DNA from: the human T2T-CHM13v2.0 reference genome, Homo sapiens
Assembly (NCBI RefSeq): GCF_009914755.1
Contig: NC_060933.1
Length of the DNA: 64,000 nucleotides
Strand: one strand, 5' to 3'
This document shows positions 20,999 through 37,529 of the stretch, one piece after another. Position numbers and translations under genes: made by a program. The first letter of the stretch is position 1; every line of letters begins with the position of its first letter. The notes beneath the pieces are model-generated. The model was not told the origin of the DNA. It saw nothing but the letters and a program-made list of their open reading frames with translations, and ran no database searches.

Positions 20999-23900
20999 TT
21001 GACTGCTTTTAAAATAGTCATCTTTCTAAATTGCCCTGCTGTTTCCACTTTCTCGTAGGTATCTGTTTCCATTTTGTTTCTTCAGTTTCATTGGCTTGTC
21101 TCTATTTTTTCCAATACAAAGCTATCTTAATTAATTTATTTTCATCATAAATTGTAAGGTCCAGTAGATAATTTCTCTTATGTTATTACTGCATGAGAGT
21201 GTCTTTGGTTTTCTTTGGTGTGAGGTTTATTTTTTCATATTAATTTTGCGTCAGCTTATGAAGGACATTAGGAAATCTGGTTGAGGTTTTGGCTGGAATT
21301 AACATTGACAATTTGGGTGGAATTGATAGTTTTTATGATTTTGACTTTTCCTATTGATATTTGCAGTATAAATCTCCATTTATTTGCTTTTATTTTTTTT
21401 CTCTTATGAATAAGTTCACCTTTAAAATGGTGAAACCATAGTATTCATCTCTCAGGGTAGGTTAAATTTCTTACAATAGTGAGGGGACTATAAAATACTT
21501 TTTATCTTTGGTGAAATTTACCCCTAAGTTCATAGCATTTGAGTTTGCTATTGAAAAATTTGTTATTTATATTTTTAAATTAACAATTACACATTTTTTT
21601 AAAACCAGTTAATCACCAAGTATGCTAATCCTAAATTACATTTTCTCTCCTCACTGATGTGTGTGTCCCCTCTGTAAGATACCATGTGGATATAAATGCT
21701 AAGTATGATTCTGGGCCTCTGGTCTTTTCCTGTGAGCTACTTTGTCTCTCACTGTGCCTATACCACTGTCTTGATGAGTCTGGCTTTCTAAAACCTTGAT
21801 TGTTAGTAAGGCACGTGCTCCAAATGTATTTGTTTCTTTTACAGATATTTTTGAGTTTTCTTACCTCTCTTTTTTTCAAATATATATGAAAATCTGGCTA
21901 TCGATGTCCTCACTCAACCTAGTGGATATTTTAAGTGGAAAAATATTGTATATAGAGAGCATATTGAACTGTGAGATGCTTCATGTATGGAACTATCTTA
22001 TGCATGAACATAGACCTGATTAAGTTATGTGCATTGACAGGTTGGAAAGATGCATTTAAGATTTAAGAACAATCAATGACTTCCTCTGTTTCCACTAGAG
22101 TCCCCACAAAATTGAAACACATTAGGGGAAAAACGTAGATGAAGTCCAAAATATTTTTAAAAATAGCTCACAGATAATGACTCATAGGACAAAACATTCA
22201 GGGTTGGAGCTCAGCCAGCTTTAAGTTCTCAGAGCTTAAAGGGTCAGGGTCACTAGCTCAAACCTGAGGCCCCTAATCAGCCTGGCACCTGTCCTAAGGT
22301 TGGAATGGGCTGATACTTTGCACTGGACACTCTTGTTCCCTGAGAGATGCCCACTTTGCTCTACTTGCCTCATTTGTTCTAATAAGATCCTATACTGGTG
22401 ATGTCAGCAGGTGTCTGATACAAGGAAATATGTTGTATGGAGTGGGAGAGGTGAAGAGTAGTGAGGTAGTGATTTCATGGTGTGGGATACATTAGGACCA
22501 ACCCACTTAGAAAAAAATGGCCTTAGCAACAATTTTTTACCACTAATGCCCTTGGCAAAAACATCCTTAAGAACAATTGCCCTTGGCACCAACACTTTTA
22601 AAAATATGCCTATCACAACAATGACTCTTATTAATAATGGCCCTTAGCAACAAATCCCATAGCAACAATACCCTTAGCATAGACACCATCAGGAATAATG
22701 CTTTAAGACAACATTGTTAATATTAACCCTTTTAGCCAAAAGACTCTTGGCAACATAATCTAAGCAACAGTAACATTAGAAAAATGCCCTCAGCTATAAC
22801 ACTATTTGCCACAGTTGTTCTTAGCAACACCTTTGACTGACATCAACACTCCTAGAAGCAATATCTTACATTAGCAATCATAGACCTTAACAACCACCCC
22901 AAACAACAATGACCTTAGCAACAAATAGCTTGACATGAATACCTTTACCAAAATGTCCTTTAAAAAAATGGCCTTTAGCATCAAGACCCTTAACAAAAAT
23001 GGCCCTTAGGAAAAATGACCTTAGAGACAACACTCATAACATAACAACAATGGTCCCTAACAACAATGTCCTTAGCAGCAACATCATTAGCAATGGTGCA
23101 CCTTACTGACAAATCTCTAAGCAACAACAACCTTAGCATAATTGCCTGTAGAAATAGTGGGAATTATGCCAATTGCAACAATGCCATTGGCAACAATGTC
23201 TTTAAAATCAATGTCCATAGCAACAATGCCCTTAGGAACAATGGTATGTCCATTTACCTCTATAAATTGCCATGGTACTTTGGAAATGGTCAAACCATGG
23301 CCTGTTAGAGTATCTTAGCAAAAACACCCTTAGAAATAATACCTTCAAAAACCATGGCCCTTAGCAATAACAAAATTAGAAATAAAGCAATTAGCAACAA
23401 TGCCCTTACAAAAATGTCCTTTATAGTGGCATTAACAACAGCACTCTTACCAATGGCACCTTAGTAAAAATGCTTTTAGTATCAACTCCTTAGCAATAAT
23501 GACATCAGCAACAGTGTTGTTGGCAACAGCACACTTTACAGCAATGTCCTAGCTACAAAATACATAATATCAATGAACTTAGCAAGAATGGCTCTTGGAG
23601 ACAATGCTCCGAATGGTAATACTCATAGAATCAACACTCTTAACATCAGTACCATTAGCAAGAAAGGGGTAAACAACCGACCTTAGAAATGACATTCTTA
23701 ATAATGTCCTTAGTAAAAAAATCATGAGCATCACCCCTATAACCAGTGCCCTTAGCAACAGTGCTCTTATCCAAACTTGCCTTACCAAGAGTTTACCATT
23801 GTTTACCTTATAAACAATGGCCCTTAGCAACCACACTCTTTGCAACAATGTCCTAACAATATTACTATTAGCAAAAATCCCCTAAGACCAGCATTCTTGA

Positions 23901-24556
23901 CAACAGCCCTCTTGGCCCTTAGAAGCAATGACTTTAGCAACCAACGGTGAGCCATAAAAATAAAGCCTTGGTAATAATGCTCTTAGCATTGACCTTAGTA
24001 AAATGGTCTTAGCAACAGTCTTTAGCAAGAGTGACTCTAGAAATGTCCCCTTCCCAACAATGCCCTTTGAAGAAAATACCTGTAACAACAATGCCTTTAG
24101 TCACAATGCCTTCAGCAAAAATGTCCCTTGCCAACATTAACACCCTAGGAACAATGATCTGAGAAACAGTGTCCTTAACAATAATATACAAAAACATTCT
24201 AAGCAATAGTACCCTAAGCAACAATATACTTAGCAATAATACCCTCAGTAACAATACTCTTAGCAACACGAGATTTAGGATCAGTGCTGGTAGAAACAGC
24301 ATCATGAGAAACACTAGCAATAGTAATAATGCCTTTAGCCACAATGACCTTCAACAGTTCTCTTATGAACATCACCCATAACTACAATGGCTCCAGGAAC
24401 AATGCACTTAGAAATAACTTCCTTAGCAACAGTGACCTTACTATCGATGCCAATTGAAATATCATCCTTAGGCACGTGTTCCATGGAAGCAACATCATTA
24501 GTAACCACAGCTTTTGTAACAATGACTTTTAGCAAAAACATTAGCATAGTGCCTTA

Positions 24557-25030
<474 letters not shown>

Positions 25031-25343
25031 CTAAAATGGCCTTTAGTAAAATCAACTTTAGCAACAATGCCCTTATAAAAGATGCCCCTTGTAACAGTGT
25101 CCTTAGCCAGAATCTCTTTAGGAACAATGCCTTTACCAAAATGCATTTAAGTTCAACGGCCTTAGCAACACTGTCCTTGGCAATATTAGATCTTAGTGGC
25201 AATGCTCTCAGCAGCAGTGGTACTCAGCAATGATTTCTCTTACAACACCCTTAACAACAATACCCATAACAGCAGCACACTTTAAAAAACAGGCTTAGCA
25301 ACAATGTCCTTAACATCAATGCCTTTTGGAACATCAACCTTAG

Positions 25344-25769
<426 letters not shown>

Positions 25770-27090
25770 TAACATCAACATCCTTAACTCTCTTTGCAAC
25801 AATACCCTTAGGATTAAGTCCCTGAGCAATAGAGTCATTAACAGCAGTGTATTTAGTAGCAATGCTTCTTTACTGTAATACACTTAACAATAATGAACAT
25901 AGTAACAATGCCCTTAGCCATAAAGGACTTTACAACAACAACCTTAGCAACGACACTCACAGTGACAGTGTCCTTCAAATGAGTTTCTTAGAAACAGTGG
26001 TCTTAGGATCAACATTTTAGCATGAATGCTCTTTGCAACAATTATTCTAGGAAAAGTGCTTCTAGCAACTAGCCCTTTAGCAACAACACACTGAACAAGA
26101 ATGCTCTAGCAAAAATGTACTTAATAACAACATCCTTAGCAAAAATACCCTTAGCAAAAATGAGTCTTAGTAACAGAGCCTTAATGTCAATGTCCTTAGC
26201 TACAATGCCCCTAATATCATTGTCAGAGTGACAATATCCTTAGCAACAATAGGCCACATCAACAAAACACCTAGCAGCAAGTTCCTCAGTGACAATGTGC
26301 TTAATATAAATATCCTTACTCACAATGTCCTTTAGCAACTCTTATAGGCAATGGCCTTAACAATAATATTCATAATAATATTTTCCTTACAACAGTACTT
26401 AACAACCTTTGCACAGCACCCTTGAAAAAAAGCCAATTTAGCAAAACCTTTCTTGGCTACCAACCATAGCAACAATGCCCTAAGCAATAACACCTTTAGT
26501 ATCATTTCCCATAGAAACAGTGGCTATAAAACAAGGCCATCAGCAACAGCATGCTTACCAAAAATATCTTTAGAAACAATACTCTTGGCATCAACACCTT
26601 AAAAACAACCTCATTATTATAACTGCCTTTAATAAAAATGCCATGAACAACCAGGCCCTTAGCATTGGTGCAGTATCAACAGTGACCTTAGAAACAGCAC
26701 CATTAACAACAACTCTGTGAGCAGCACTATTTGCAGCAATGTCCTTATTAACAATGTATTTAGCTAGAGTACCCTTAGCAATTGGCTCTTAGCAACATCA
26801 CATTTGGAAACAGTACTCATAGCAGCAGCTCCCTTATCAACATCACTCATAGCAAAATCTGTTTTATTTTCAACACTCTTACTATCAAGGCCTTTAAGAA
26901 CAATGACTCTAAGAAAATAGCCCATAACAACAATTTCCTTAAATTCAACACTCTTTCCTTAGGAACAGCACCTTTAGCACCAATGATCTTAGCAACAGTA
27001 GCCTCTGCAATAGTGGCCATGGCCACAATGTTCTTAGTAACAGCACCTTTAGCAAAAACATCCAACAACAACATTAACATCAATGCCTTT

Positions 27091-27779
27091 GGCTGGGCAC
27101 AGTGGCTCATGCCTATAATTCCAGCACTTTGAGAGGTGGGATCGGGAGGATTGCTTTAGACCAAGGGTTCAAGACCAGGTTGGGCAATGTAGTGAGATCT
27201 CATCTCTACAAAAAGAAAAATTAAAAAAATTAAAAAGCTAGCTACATGATATGGTTTGGCTGTATCTCCATCCAAATCTCATCTTGCATTGCAGCTCCCA
27301 TAATTCCCACGTGTAATGGGAGGGACCCAATGGAAGGTAATTGAATCATGGGGGTGGGTCTTTCCCATGCTGTTCTCATAATAGTGAATAAGTCTCATGA
27401 AATTTGATGGTTTTATAAAAGGGAGTTTCCCTGCACAAGCTCTCTTGCCTGCTGCCATGTAAGATGTGACTTTGCTCCTCTTTTGCCTTCTGCCATGATT
27501 GTGAGGCCTCTCCAGCCATGGGGACTGTGAGTCAATTAAATGTCTTTCCTTTAAAAATTACCCAGTCTTGGGTATGTCTGTATTAGCAACATGAGAACAG
27601 TCTAATACACTAGGCATGGTGGTGTGTGCTTGTTGTCCCAGTTGCTTTGGAGACTGAGGCAGGAGGATCACTTTGAGCACAGGAGTTCAAGCCTGCAGTG
27701 AGCTGTGATCATGCAACTGCACTCCAGCTTGGGTGACAGAGTGAGACCCTGTCTCAAAACAAAACAAAACAAAACAAAA
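27091..27779 (+). mobile_element. AluJ split by a THE1 LTR
   Basis: Left arm 27091-27246, right arm 27610-27779 with (CAAAA)n tail. Confidence 0.9.
27247..27609 (+). mobile_element. THE1 (MaLR) solo LTR, THE1B/C-like
   Basis: tgatatggtttggctgt...gagaacagtctaataca. Confidence 0.9.
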
Positions 27780-28043
27780 ATGCCTTTAAGAACAGCATGT
27801 TTAACAAAAGAACCTCAGCAATGACTTCCTTAGCCACAACAACCTTGGCAAAAATATTATTACTACCATTCTCTTAGCAATTAAGTCCTTAGGAATAATG
27901 CTCTGAGAAAAAAAGTGCTTTTAGCAACAGTTTCCTTAGAAACACTAGTCATAGCAATAACACCCTTAGCAAAACTTTCTTTGCACAATAACTTCAAGGC
28001 CTTAAAGAACAATGCCCTTACAAAACTTTTTTGACATCAACAC

Positions 28044-28462
28044 CTGCCTTATACCATTTTGTGTTGCTCAAAATAAATACCTGAGGATGGGTAATTTATA
28101 CAGAAAAACCATTTAGTTGGTTCTCAATTCTGATGGCTGGGAAGTTCAAGATTGGACATCTGTGTCAGGTGAGGGCCTCAGGCTGCTTCCACTAATGGCA
28201 GAAGATGAAGGGGAGCTGGTGTGTGCAGAGCTCACATGATGAGAGAGAGAGAGAAAGAGAGCAGAAAGGTCTCAGGCTCTTTTTAACAACCAGCTCTGGC
28301 AGGAACTGATAGATGATACACTCAGCCTCAAGGAAGGAGATTAATCTGTTAATACGGGATTTGGTCATATGACCCAAACACTTCCCATTAGGCCCCATCT
28401 CCAACATTGGGGATCAAATTTCAACATGAGGTTTAGAGGGGACAAACATCCAAACCATAGCA
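28044..28462 (-). mobile_element. MST (MaLR) solo LTR
   Basis: Ends ...caaacatccaaaccatagca (reverse complement of tgctatggtttgg). Confidence 0.85.
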
Positions 28463-28619
28463 ATACCCTTAAGAACAATAACCTTACCAATAGTACCCTT
28501 ATCAAAAATGCCCTTAACAACAGCTTTCTTAGCAACAGTACAGTTACTAACAGCACTCATAGCAAAACCTTAATCTTCAATAACACTTTTAATATCAATG
28601 CCTTTAAGAATGACAATCT

Positions 28620-28932
28620 TGACCAGATATGGTGACTAATGTCTGTAATCCCAGCACTTTGAAAGGTTGAGGCAGGAAGTTTGCTTGAGGCCGGCAGTTT
28701 GAGGTCAGTCTGGGCAATATAGTGAGATGCTGTCTCTACAAAAAATTTTTTTAAAAAGTCCGGTATGGTGACCTGTGCTCGTAGTCCTAGCTACTTGGGA
28801 GGCTGAGGTGAGAAAATTGCTGGAGCCCAAGAGTTTGAGGTTAGTGAACCATGATCATACCACTGCACTCCAGCTTGGGCGACAGAGCTAGACTCTGCCT
28901 GTTTTTTTTTTAAAAAAAAAAAAAAAAAAAAA
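28620..28932 (+). mobile_element. AluJ
   Basis: Diverged dimer; tail is a T-run followed by an A-run. Confidence 0.85.
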
Positions 28933-29304
28933 GAGGACCTTCAAAATTGCTTCCATCAACAATTACCTTTGCAAACTTTCTATCAGCAGCAATGCTCCTA
29001 GCAAGAACATCTTTTGCAACAATGCTTTTAACATATCTCATTTTGCAACATAGAAACAAACGCAGTTAGGAACAGCATCCTTAACAACAACTTTCTTTAC
29101 AACGATATTAACACAAGAGTCTTGCAACACCCTTAACAACAAGTTTCCTTTGCAACAGGGCCATAACATCAACACTCTTGGTAATTGCATTGGTACCAAA
29201 ACTTATCTGTGACAATATCTTGAACATTAATGCCTTTAAGAGAAATGCCCTTAAAAATACCTTTAGCAAGCATTTCCTTAGCAAACACGCTCCTAGCAAC
29301 AGAG

Positions 29305-29552
29305 AGTAAGTTTTGTAAGGGCATGTGAATACGAAGGCAGAGACTGGAGTGATGCCAAGAAATGTGAAAGATTTCCAGGAGCCATCAGAAGCAAGGAAAA
29401 ACGCATGGAAAAGATTCCGAGTGCTCAGAAGGAAGCAACCCTACCACCACCTGATTTGGACTTCTAAGCTCCAGAACTGTAAGAGAAATTTCTTTTATTT
29501 TAAGCCACCTCGTTTGTGGTACTTTGATATGGCAGCCCTAGGAAACTAATAC
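29305..29552 (+). mobile_element. MLT1 (C/D-like) LTR 3' half
   Basis: ...ccagaactgtaagaga...taagccacctcgtttgtggtactttgatatggcagccctaggaaactaataca. Confidence 0.8.
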
Positions 29553-30309
29553 AATTCTCTTAACAAAAAGGCAACAATTTCCTTAGCAATAATAAACTTA
29601 GAAATAATGCCTTCTCAACAATGACTTTGCCAACAGTGGCCATAGCAGCCACACCCTCAGCAAAAGCAACTTAGTGCAGATTTCTTAGCAAAGCACGCCA
29701 AAACACACTAACAAACATACTAAGAAAACACAAAACACACTAATACTAACAAAGAAAGTGCCTTTCTAAAAACTGCCTATCAACAATCTTATCAACACAT
29801 TTCATAGCAAAAATTTCCTTAGCACCTTTGCCCCTAGCAATGTTGCCTTTAGCAACAGTTTTCGTGGCAGCAATGACCATCCAACCTTGATTTAGCAAAT
29901 GCATCCTTAGCAAAAACTTTCTTGCAACACCACCCTTAATACTAACACCTTTAAGAACGATGTCTTTAGCATAAGGGCCCTCCCAACAATATCATTAGCA
30001 AAAACTTGGCAAAATGTGCTTAGCAACCGCACTCTTTGAAAAAGTTCCATTAATAGCAACATACTTAATAACAATGTCTTTAGCAACAGTGGTCATAGGA
30101 ATTGCTCCTTCTGCAAGAGTGGCTACTGTAATTGTGACCAGAGCAATAATGGCCATATCAGCCATGCATTTAGCTACAGTGGCAGTAACAACTATGTCCT
30201 TGGTGACAGTATGTGTGGGGAACATTTCTTAGCAACAACACCCTTATCTAAGAGGCCCTAGGAGCAAAATCCATTGCAACACTATATGCAGCAACAATGT
30301 CCTTAATTA

Positions 30310-30385
30310 TTAGGTTGGTGCAAAGGTGATTGCGGTTTTTGCCACTGAAATGGCAAAAATCGCAATCACCTTTGTACCAACCTAA
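30310..30385. mobile_element. MADE1 (Hsmar1-derived MITE)
   Basis: ttaggttggtgcaaa...ccaacctaa inverted repeat flanked by TA on both sides. Confidence 0.95.
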
Positions 30386-30597
30386 TACAATTCCCTTGGC
30401 GACAATCTTAGCAACAACACCCTTGGCAACAAAGCTCTTAGCAATATCCTTAGAAACATTGTCTTTAGCAACATTTCTTAGCAATGGTGCCCATAGCAAC
30501 AGTTCCCTAGTAACAGCAACCTTAGAAGAAACTCCCTTTGCAAGAGCACATTTAACATCACTGCCTTTAATGAAAAACCACTTAATAAAGAAGTCCT

Positions 30598-31230
<633 letters not shown>

Positions 31231-31890
31231 GTTTGGTACACAGGTAAACTTGTGTCATGGAGGTTTGTTGTACAGATTGTTTCATCATCCAGGTATTAAG
31301 CCTAATGCCCATTTGTTATTTTTCCCGTTCTTCTCTCTCCTCCTATCCTCCACCCTAATGTTTCCCTCTGTGTGTCCGTATGCTCTCATCGTTTAGCTCC
31401 CACTATAAGTGAGAACATGCCGTATTTGGTTTTCTGTTCCTGTATTAGTTTGCTAAGGATAATGGCCTCCAGCTCCATTAATGTTTGTACAAAGGACATG
31501 ATCTTATTCTTTTTTATAGCTGCATAGTTTTCCATGGTGTATATGTACTACATTTTCTTTATCCAGTCTATCATTGTTGGGCATTTAGGGTGATTCCATG
31601 TCCTTGCTGTTATGAATAGTGCTGCAGTGAACATATGTGTGTATGTGGCTTTATAATAAAATGATTTATGTTCTTTTGGGTATATGCCCAGTAATGGGAT
31701 TGCTGGGCTGAATGACATTTCTGTCTTTAGGTCTTTGAGGAATCATCACACTGTCTTCCAAAATAGTAGAACTAATTTACACTCCCACCAACATTGTATA
31801 ATTGTTCCTTTTTCTCCACAACTTCACCAGCATCTGTTTTTTTTTTTTTTTTTTTTTTTGCTTTTTGCTTTTTAATAATAGCCATTCTGA

Positions 31891-32108
31891 TGAGAACACA
31901 TGGACACATAGAGGGTAGCAACACACACTGTGGTATCTCAAAGGGTGGAGGGTGGGAGGAGGGAGAAGGTCAGGAAAGATACCTAATGAGTACTAGGCTT
32001 AATACTTGGGAGATGAAATAATCTGTACAATAACCCCCCATGTCACAGGTTTACCTGTATAACAAACCTTCACATGTAACCCTGAACTTAAAATAAAAGT
32101 TAAAAAAA
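31891..32108 (+). mobile_element. Short L1PA 3' UTR end inserted in opposite orientation
   Basis: tgagaacacatggacacatagaggg...aacttaaaataaaagttaaaaaa. Confidence 0.85.
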
Positions 32109-33167
32109 TAATTACCAATTAAAAGAAGAAATTTCAGGTTTTTAAAAAGAAATTGTAACAGTTCTGCTGAACAATGTTTCAGGATATCATTTTCTCTTAG
32201 AAAAACATGTATTCTGCTGCTGTTGGGTGGAGTGTTCTATAAATGTTAGGTATAGTTTATAATGTTTTATTATTTTAAAAAATCACCATTCTGACTGGTG
32301 TGAGATGGTATCTCACTGTGGTTTTGATTTGCATTTCTCTAATGATCACTGATATTGAGCTTTTTTCATATGATTGTTGGCCGCATGTATGTCTTCCTTT
32401 GAAAAGTATCTGTTCACATCCTTTTCTCACTTTAATGGGGTTGGTTTTTTCTTGTAAATTAGTTTAAGTTCCTTATAGATGCTGGGTATTGGACCTTTGT
32501 CAGATGCATAGTTTGCAAATATTTTCTTGCATTCTGTAGGTTGTCTGTTGACTCTGTTGATAGTTTCTTTTGCTGTGCAGAAGGTCTTTAGTTTAATTAG
32601 ATCCCATTTGTCAATGTTTGTTTCTGTTACAATTGCTTTTTGTGTCTTTATCATGAAATCTTTGCCTGTGACTGTTCTGAATGGTATTGCCTAGGTTGTC
32701 TTCCAGGATTTCTATAGTTTTGGGTTTTACATTTAAGTCTTTAATCTATCTTGAGCTAATTTTTTTATATGGTGTAAGGAAGAAGTTCAATTTCAATCTT
32801 CTGTGTATGGCTAGCCAGTTATCCTAGCACCATTTATTGAATAGGGAATATTTTCCCCATTGCTTGCTTTTGTCAGGTTTGTTGAAGATCAGATAGTTGT
32901 AGGTGTGTGGTCTTACTTGTGGGTTCTCTATTCTGTTCCATTGGTTTATGTGTCTGTACCAATAATAAATTTGTACAAATAAATTTGTACCAGTACTATG
33001 TTGTTTTGGTTACTGTAGCCCTGTAGTATAGCTCAAAGTCGGGTAGCGTGATGCCTCCAGCTTTGTTGTTTTTGCTTAAGATTGCCTTGGCTATTCGTGC
33101 TCTTATTTGGTTCCATATGAATATTAAAAGAGTTTTTTTATAGTTCTGTGAAGAATGTCAGTGATAG

Positions 33168-33536
<369 letters not shown>

Positions 33537-34989
33537 AACAATATTGGTTCTTCTTATCCATGGGCATAGAATGTTTTTCCATTTGTTTGTGCCTTCTCTG
33601 TTTATTTGAGCAGTGGTTTGTAGTTCTCCTTGTAGAGACCTTTCACCTCCCTTGTTAGCTGTATTCTTAGGTATTTTATTCTTTTTGTTGCAGTTGTGAA
33701 TGGGAGTTTGTTCCTGATTTGGCTCTTGGCTTGACTTTTGTTGGTGTATAGGAATGCTAGTAATTTTTGCACATTGATTTTGTATCCCGAGATTTTCCTG
33801 AAGTTGCTTATCAGCTTAATAAGCTTTTGGGTTGAGACTATGGGGTTTTCTAGAAATATGATCATGTCATCTGCAAACAGGGATAATTGACTTCTTCTCT
33901 TACTATTTGAAAGTTCTTTATTTCTTTATCTTGCCTGATTGCCCTGGCCAGAACTTCCAATACTATATTTAATAGGAGTAGTGAGAGAGGGCAACCTTGT
34001 CTTGTGCCAGTTTCCAAGGGGAATGCTTCCAGCTTTTGCCCATTAAGTATGATATTAGCTGTGGGTTTATCATATGTGGTGCTTATTCTTTTGAGGTATG
34101 TTTCTTCAATACCTAGTTTATTGAGAGTTTTTAACATGAATGAATGTTGAATTTTATTGAAAGCCTTTTCTGTATCTTTTGAGATAATCATATGGTTTTG
34201 GCCTTTAGTTCTGTTTATGTGATGAATAACATTTATTGGTTTGTGTAGGTTGAACCAACCTTGTATCCCGGGGATGAAGTCTACTTGACCGTGGTGGATA
34301 CGCCTTTTGATCTGCTGCTCAATTCGGTTTGCCAGTATTTTGTTGAGGATTTTTGCATCAACATTCATCAAGAATATTGGCCTGAAGTTTTTTGTTGTTG
34401 TTGTTGTTGTATATCTGCCAGGTTTTGGTATCTGGATGATGCTGGCCTCATAGAAGGAGTTTGGGAGGAATCCCTCCTCCTCAACTTTTTTGAATAGTTT
34501 TGGTATGAGTAATACCAGCTCTTCTTTGTACATCTGGTAGGATTCAGCTGTGCATCTGTCTGGTCCTGGGCCTTTTTTGGTTGACAGGCTACTTATTACT
34601 GATTCAAGTTTGGAGCTTATTTTTGGTCTGTTCGGGGACTCAATTTCTTCCTGGTTCAGTCTTGGGAGGGTGTATGTGTCCAGGCATTTATCCATTTCTA
34701 CTAGATTTTCTAGTTTATATGCATAGAGGTGTTCATAATATTCTCTGAGAGTTATTTGTATTTCTGTGGGGTCAGTGGTAATATTGCCCTTGTTGTTTCT
34801 GATTGTTTATTTGAATCTTCTTTCTTTTCTTTTTTGTTAGTCTAGCTAGTGGTCTATTTTAATTTTTTCAGAAAATCATCTCCTGGATTTGTTGATATTT
34901 TGAATGTTTCTTCATGTCTCTATCTCCTTCAGTCTGCCTGTGTGCAGTTCTAGTTTCAGTCTGTTTTAGAGATCAAGCTTGAATACATA

Positions 34990-35148
34990 AGAAGAAAGAA
35001 GAAGACTGAGAAGAAGGAGAAGGAGGGGTGGAAGAGGAGGAATAAGAGAGGAGAAATAAGAAGGAGAGAGAGAGGGAGGGAGGAAGAAGGGAAAGAGGAA
35101 GGATGATGAGAGGGAAGGAAGGAAAGAGGAAGGGAAGAAAGGAGGAAA
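34990..35148. repeat. Purine-rich (GA) low-complexity tract
   Basis: Almost only G and A for ~160 bp. Confidence 0.85.
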
Positions 35149-35227
35149 TCAAGTTAGGCAAATCACCGCTAGGTCATCCTTCAGGTCCTGAGCTCCATAC
35201 CAAGTTCAGGGGTACATGTGTAGCTAT

Positions 35228-35388
35228 TGAAATGGGAAAGGTTCCCTTGTCCCTTTTGCAGGGCATGTGATGGAGGTGTGGCTTGCTTCTTCAGTGCTTC
35301 AGTGCCCCGCTGGTCAAAACTCTAGGGGAGCATACAGACAGGCTGTGGGGCTTCAACCCCATGGCAATGTCTAGGGGTGAATGTTTAC
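35228..35388. mobile_element. ERV1 LTR fragment (MER48/LTR29-like)
   Basis: tgaaatgggaaaggttcccttgtccc...ggtgtggct. Confidence 0.45.
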
Positions 35389-35667
35389 TACTCTTATCCA
35401 ACGTTCAGAGTCTTCTGTTAGTAACATTATGCATTTTGACCATGATTATCAGTGTAATCAGTAGATAAGGCAGAATGTGTTTACTCGATCTGAACCAAAC
35501 TGGAACTCTGCAATTGGGATGTGTGCAACTGTGCACCTTCAAAATGTCCATGTTGAAATTTTAGAGCAACTGATTAATATGACCAAAAGTACTTAAGAGA
35601 AAAGTTTCAAAACACTAATTCTAATTATACCAGCTCTTGTTCTTTTTTATGTTCATGCTTAATATTT

Positions 35668-35976
35668 TCTTTCTTTATTTATTTTATTTTTTATTTTTTT
35701 GAGACAGAGTCTTGCTCCACCCAGGCTGGAGTGTAGTGGTGCAATCTCAGCTCACTGCAATCTCTGCCTCCTGGGTTCATGCAATTCTCTGCCTCAGCCT
35801 CCCGAGTAGCTGGGATTACAGGTGCCTGCCACCGGTCGTAACTAGTTTTTGTATTTTTAGTAAAGATGGGGTTTCGCCATCTTGGCCAAGCTGGTCTTGA
35901 ACTCTTGACCTCATAATACACCTGCCTTGGCCTCTCAAAGTGCTGGGATTACAGGCATGAGCCACCATGCCCAGCC
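35668..35976 (-). mobile_element. AluS
   Basis: Antisense dimer. Confidence 0.95.
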
Positions 35977-36460
35977 ATACTTAATATTTTAATTTCAAAT
36001 TTTATATATGAATGTATGTATGTGTCAGTATATATATTCTATGTACATATTGTGTGTGTGTGTATATATACACACACACACACAGAGAGAGAGAGGGAGG
36101 AAGGATATAAAAATTATATCAAAGAAGAATGTAGTGCTATTTAAACCAAAGAACACACGCACAACTCTTACTATTATAATCATAGAAAAAAATTAACTGA
36201 CATTAAAGGGCATTTTAAATGTTCATATATTTTGTCTCTTTTACTCAGCTACTAAAATACTCAAAATGTGGTAAGATTCTCTAATGTTTATATAGTAGAG
36301 GTTTTTTGTTTAACTAGTTGAGTTGGATTGCTTATCATACAATTGAGAGCTTCGAATATCAGAACAGTTACTTACATGCCAAAATTGCTTATGAATGTTC
36401 TGTCATGTCAAAGTTGTTCCATTACCATATAGAAGTAAACTCTGATCTGTATAGATACTA

Positions 36461-36620
36461 CCAGATGGGTGTGGTGGCACATGCCTGTAGTCTCAGTTAC
36501 ATGGGAGGCTGAGGTGGAAGGGTCACCTGAGCCTGGGAGGTTGAGGCTGCAGTGAGCTGCGATCACACCACTGTACTCCAGACTGAATGACAGAGTGAGA
36601 CCCTGTCTCAAATGAAAAAT
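36461..36620 (+). mobile_element. AluJ right monomer / FRAM
   Basis: Single monomer with short tail. Confidence 0.8.
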
Positions 36621-37005
36621 AAAATGATATTACTAGAATATACTTGTCTAAACTTTTACTTTGAGAAAACAGAAAATCAAACACATTGTTCTCACGGTGT
36701 TAACTTTCAAAGAAATGATCTGTAATTTATCTGGTGGAATTCAATGCAGTTATTTTGTTTATAACATTTTTCAAAAGCTACGGTTTTCCCTGGGTGTGTA
36801 TGGGCACAATGCCATTGCGATAACACTCATCTTTTGCAGAGTGCTGAAAGAGTGAGCCAGGACAGCCTTTCGACATTGAACAAGGCAATTCCCAATCTCT
36901 TGGTGGGTGAATGGAGGAAGAGTGATATCCTGATTGATGCCTCCACAATTACTTAAAAATATATGGACACTCTAGAAAATTACTCTTTTTGGACCATCCC
37001 CTCAG

Positions 37006-37045
37006 GTCCCTTAAATATCTGTGTCCCTTAAATATCTGTGTCCCT
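37006..37045. repeat. 17-bp tandem duplication (gtcccttaaatatctgt x2.3)
   Basis: Read directly from the sequence. Confidence 0.9.
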
Positions 37046-37178
37046 TTACTGAGCAGCAATTTGGGTCAGAAAAAATGGGCTCTGAGGATGCTCAGAAACA
37101 AAAGTGTTTTGGGGAGTAAGATATGGTTCTCAAGGCCTGGAGAGGCAAACCATGTCCAGAAAAGGTCCCTGATGATAG

Positions 37179-37529
<351 letters not shown>

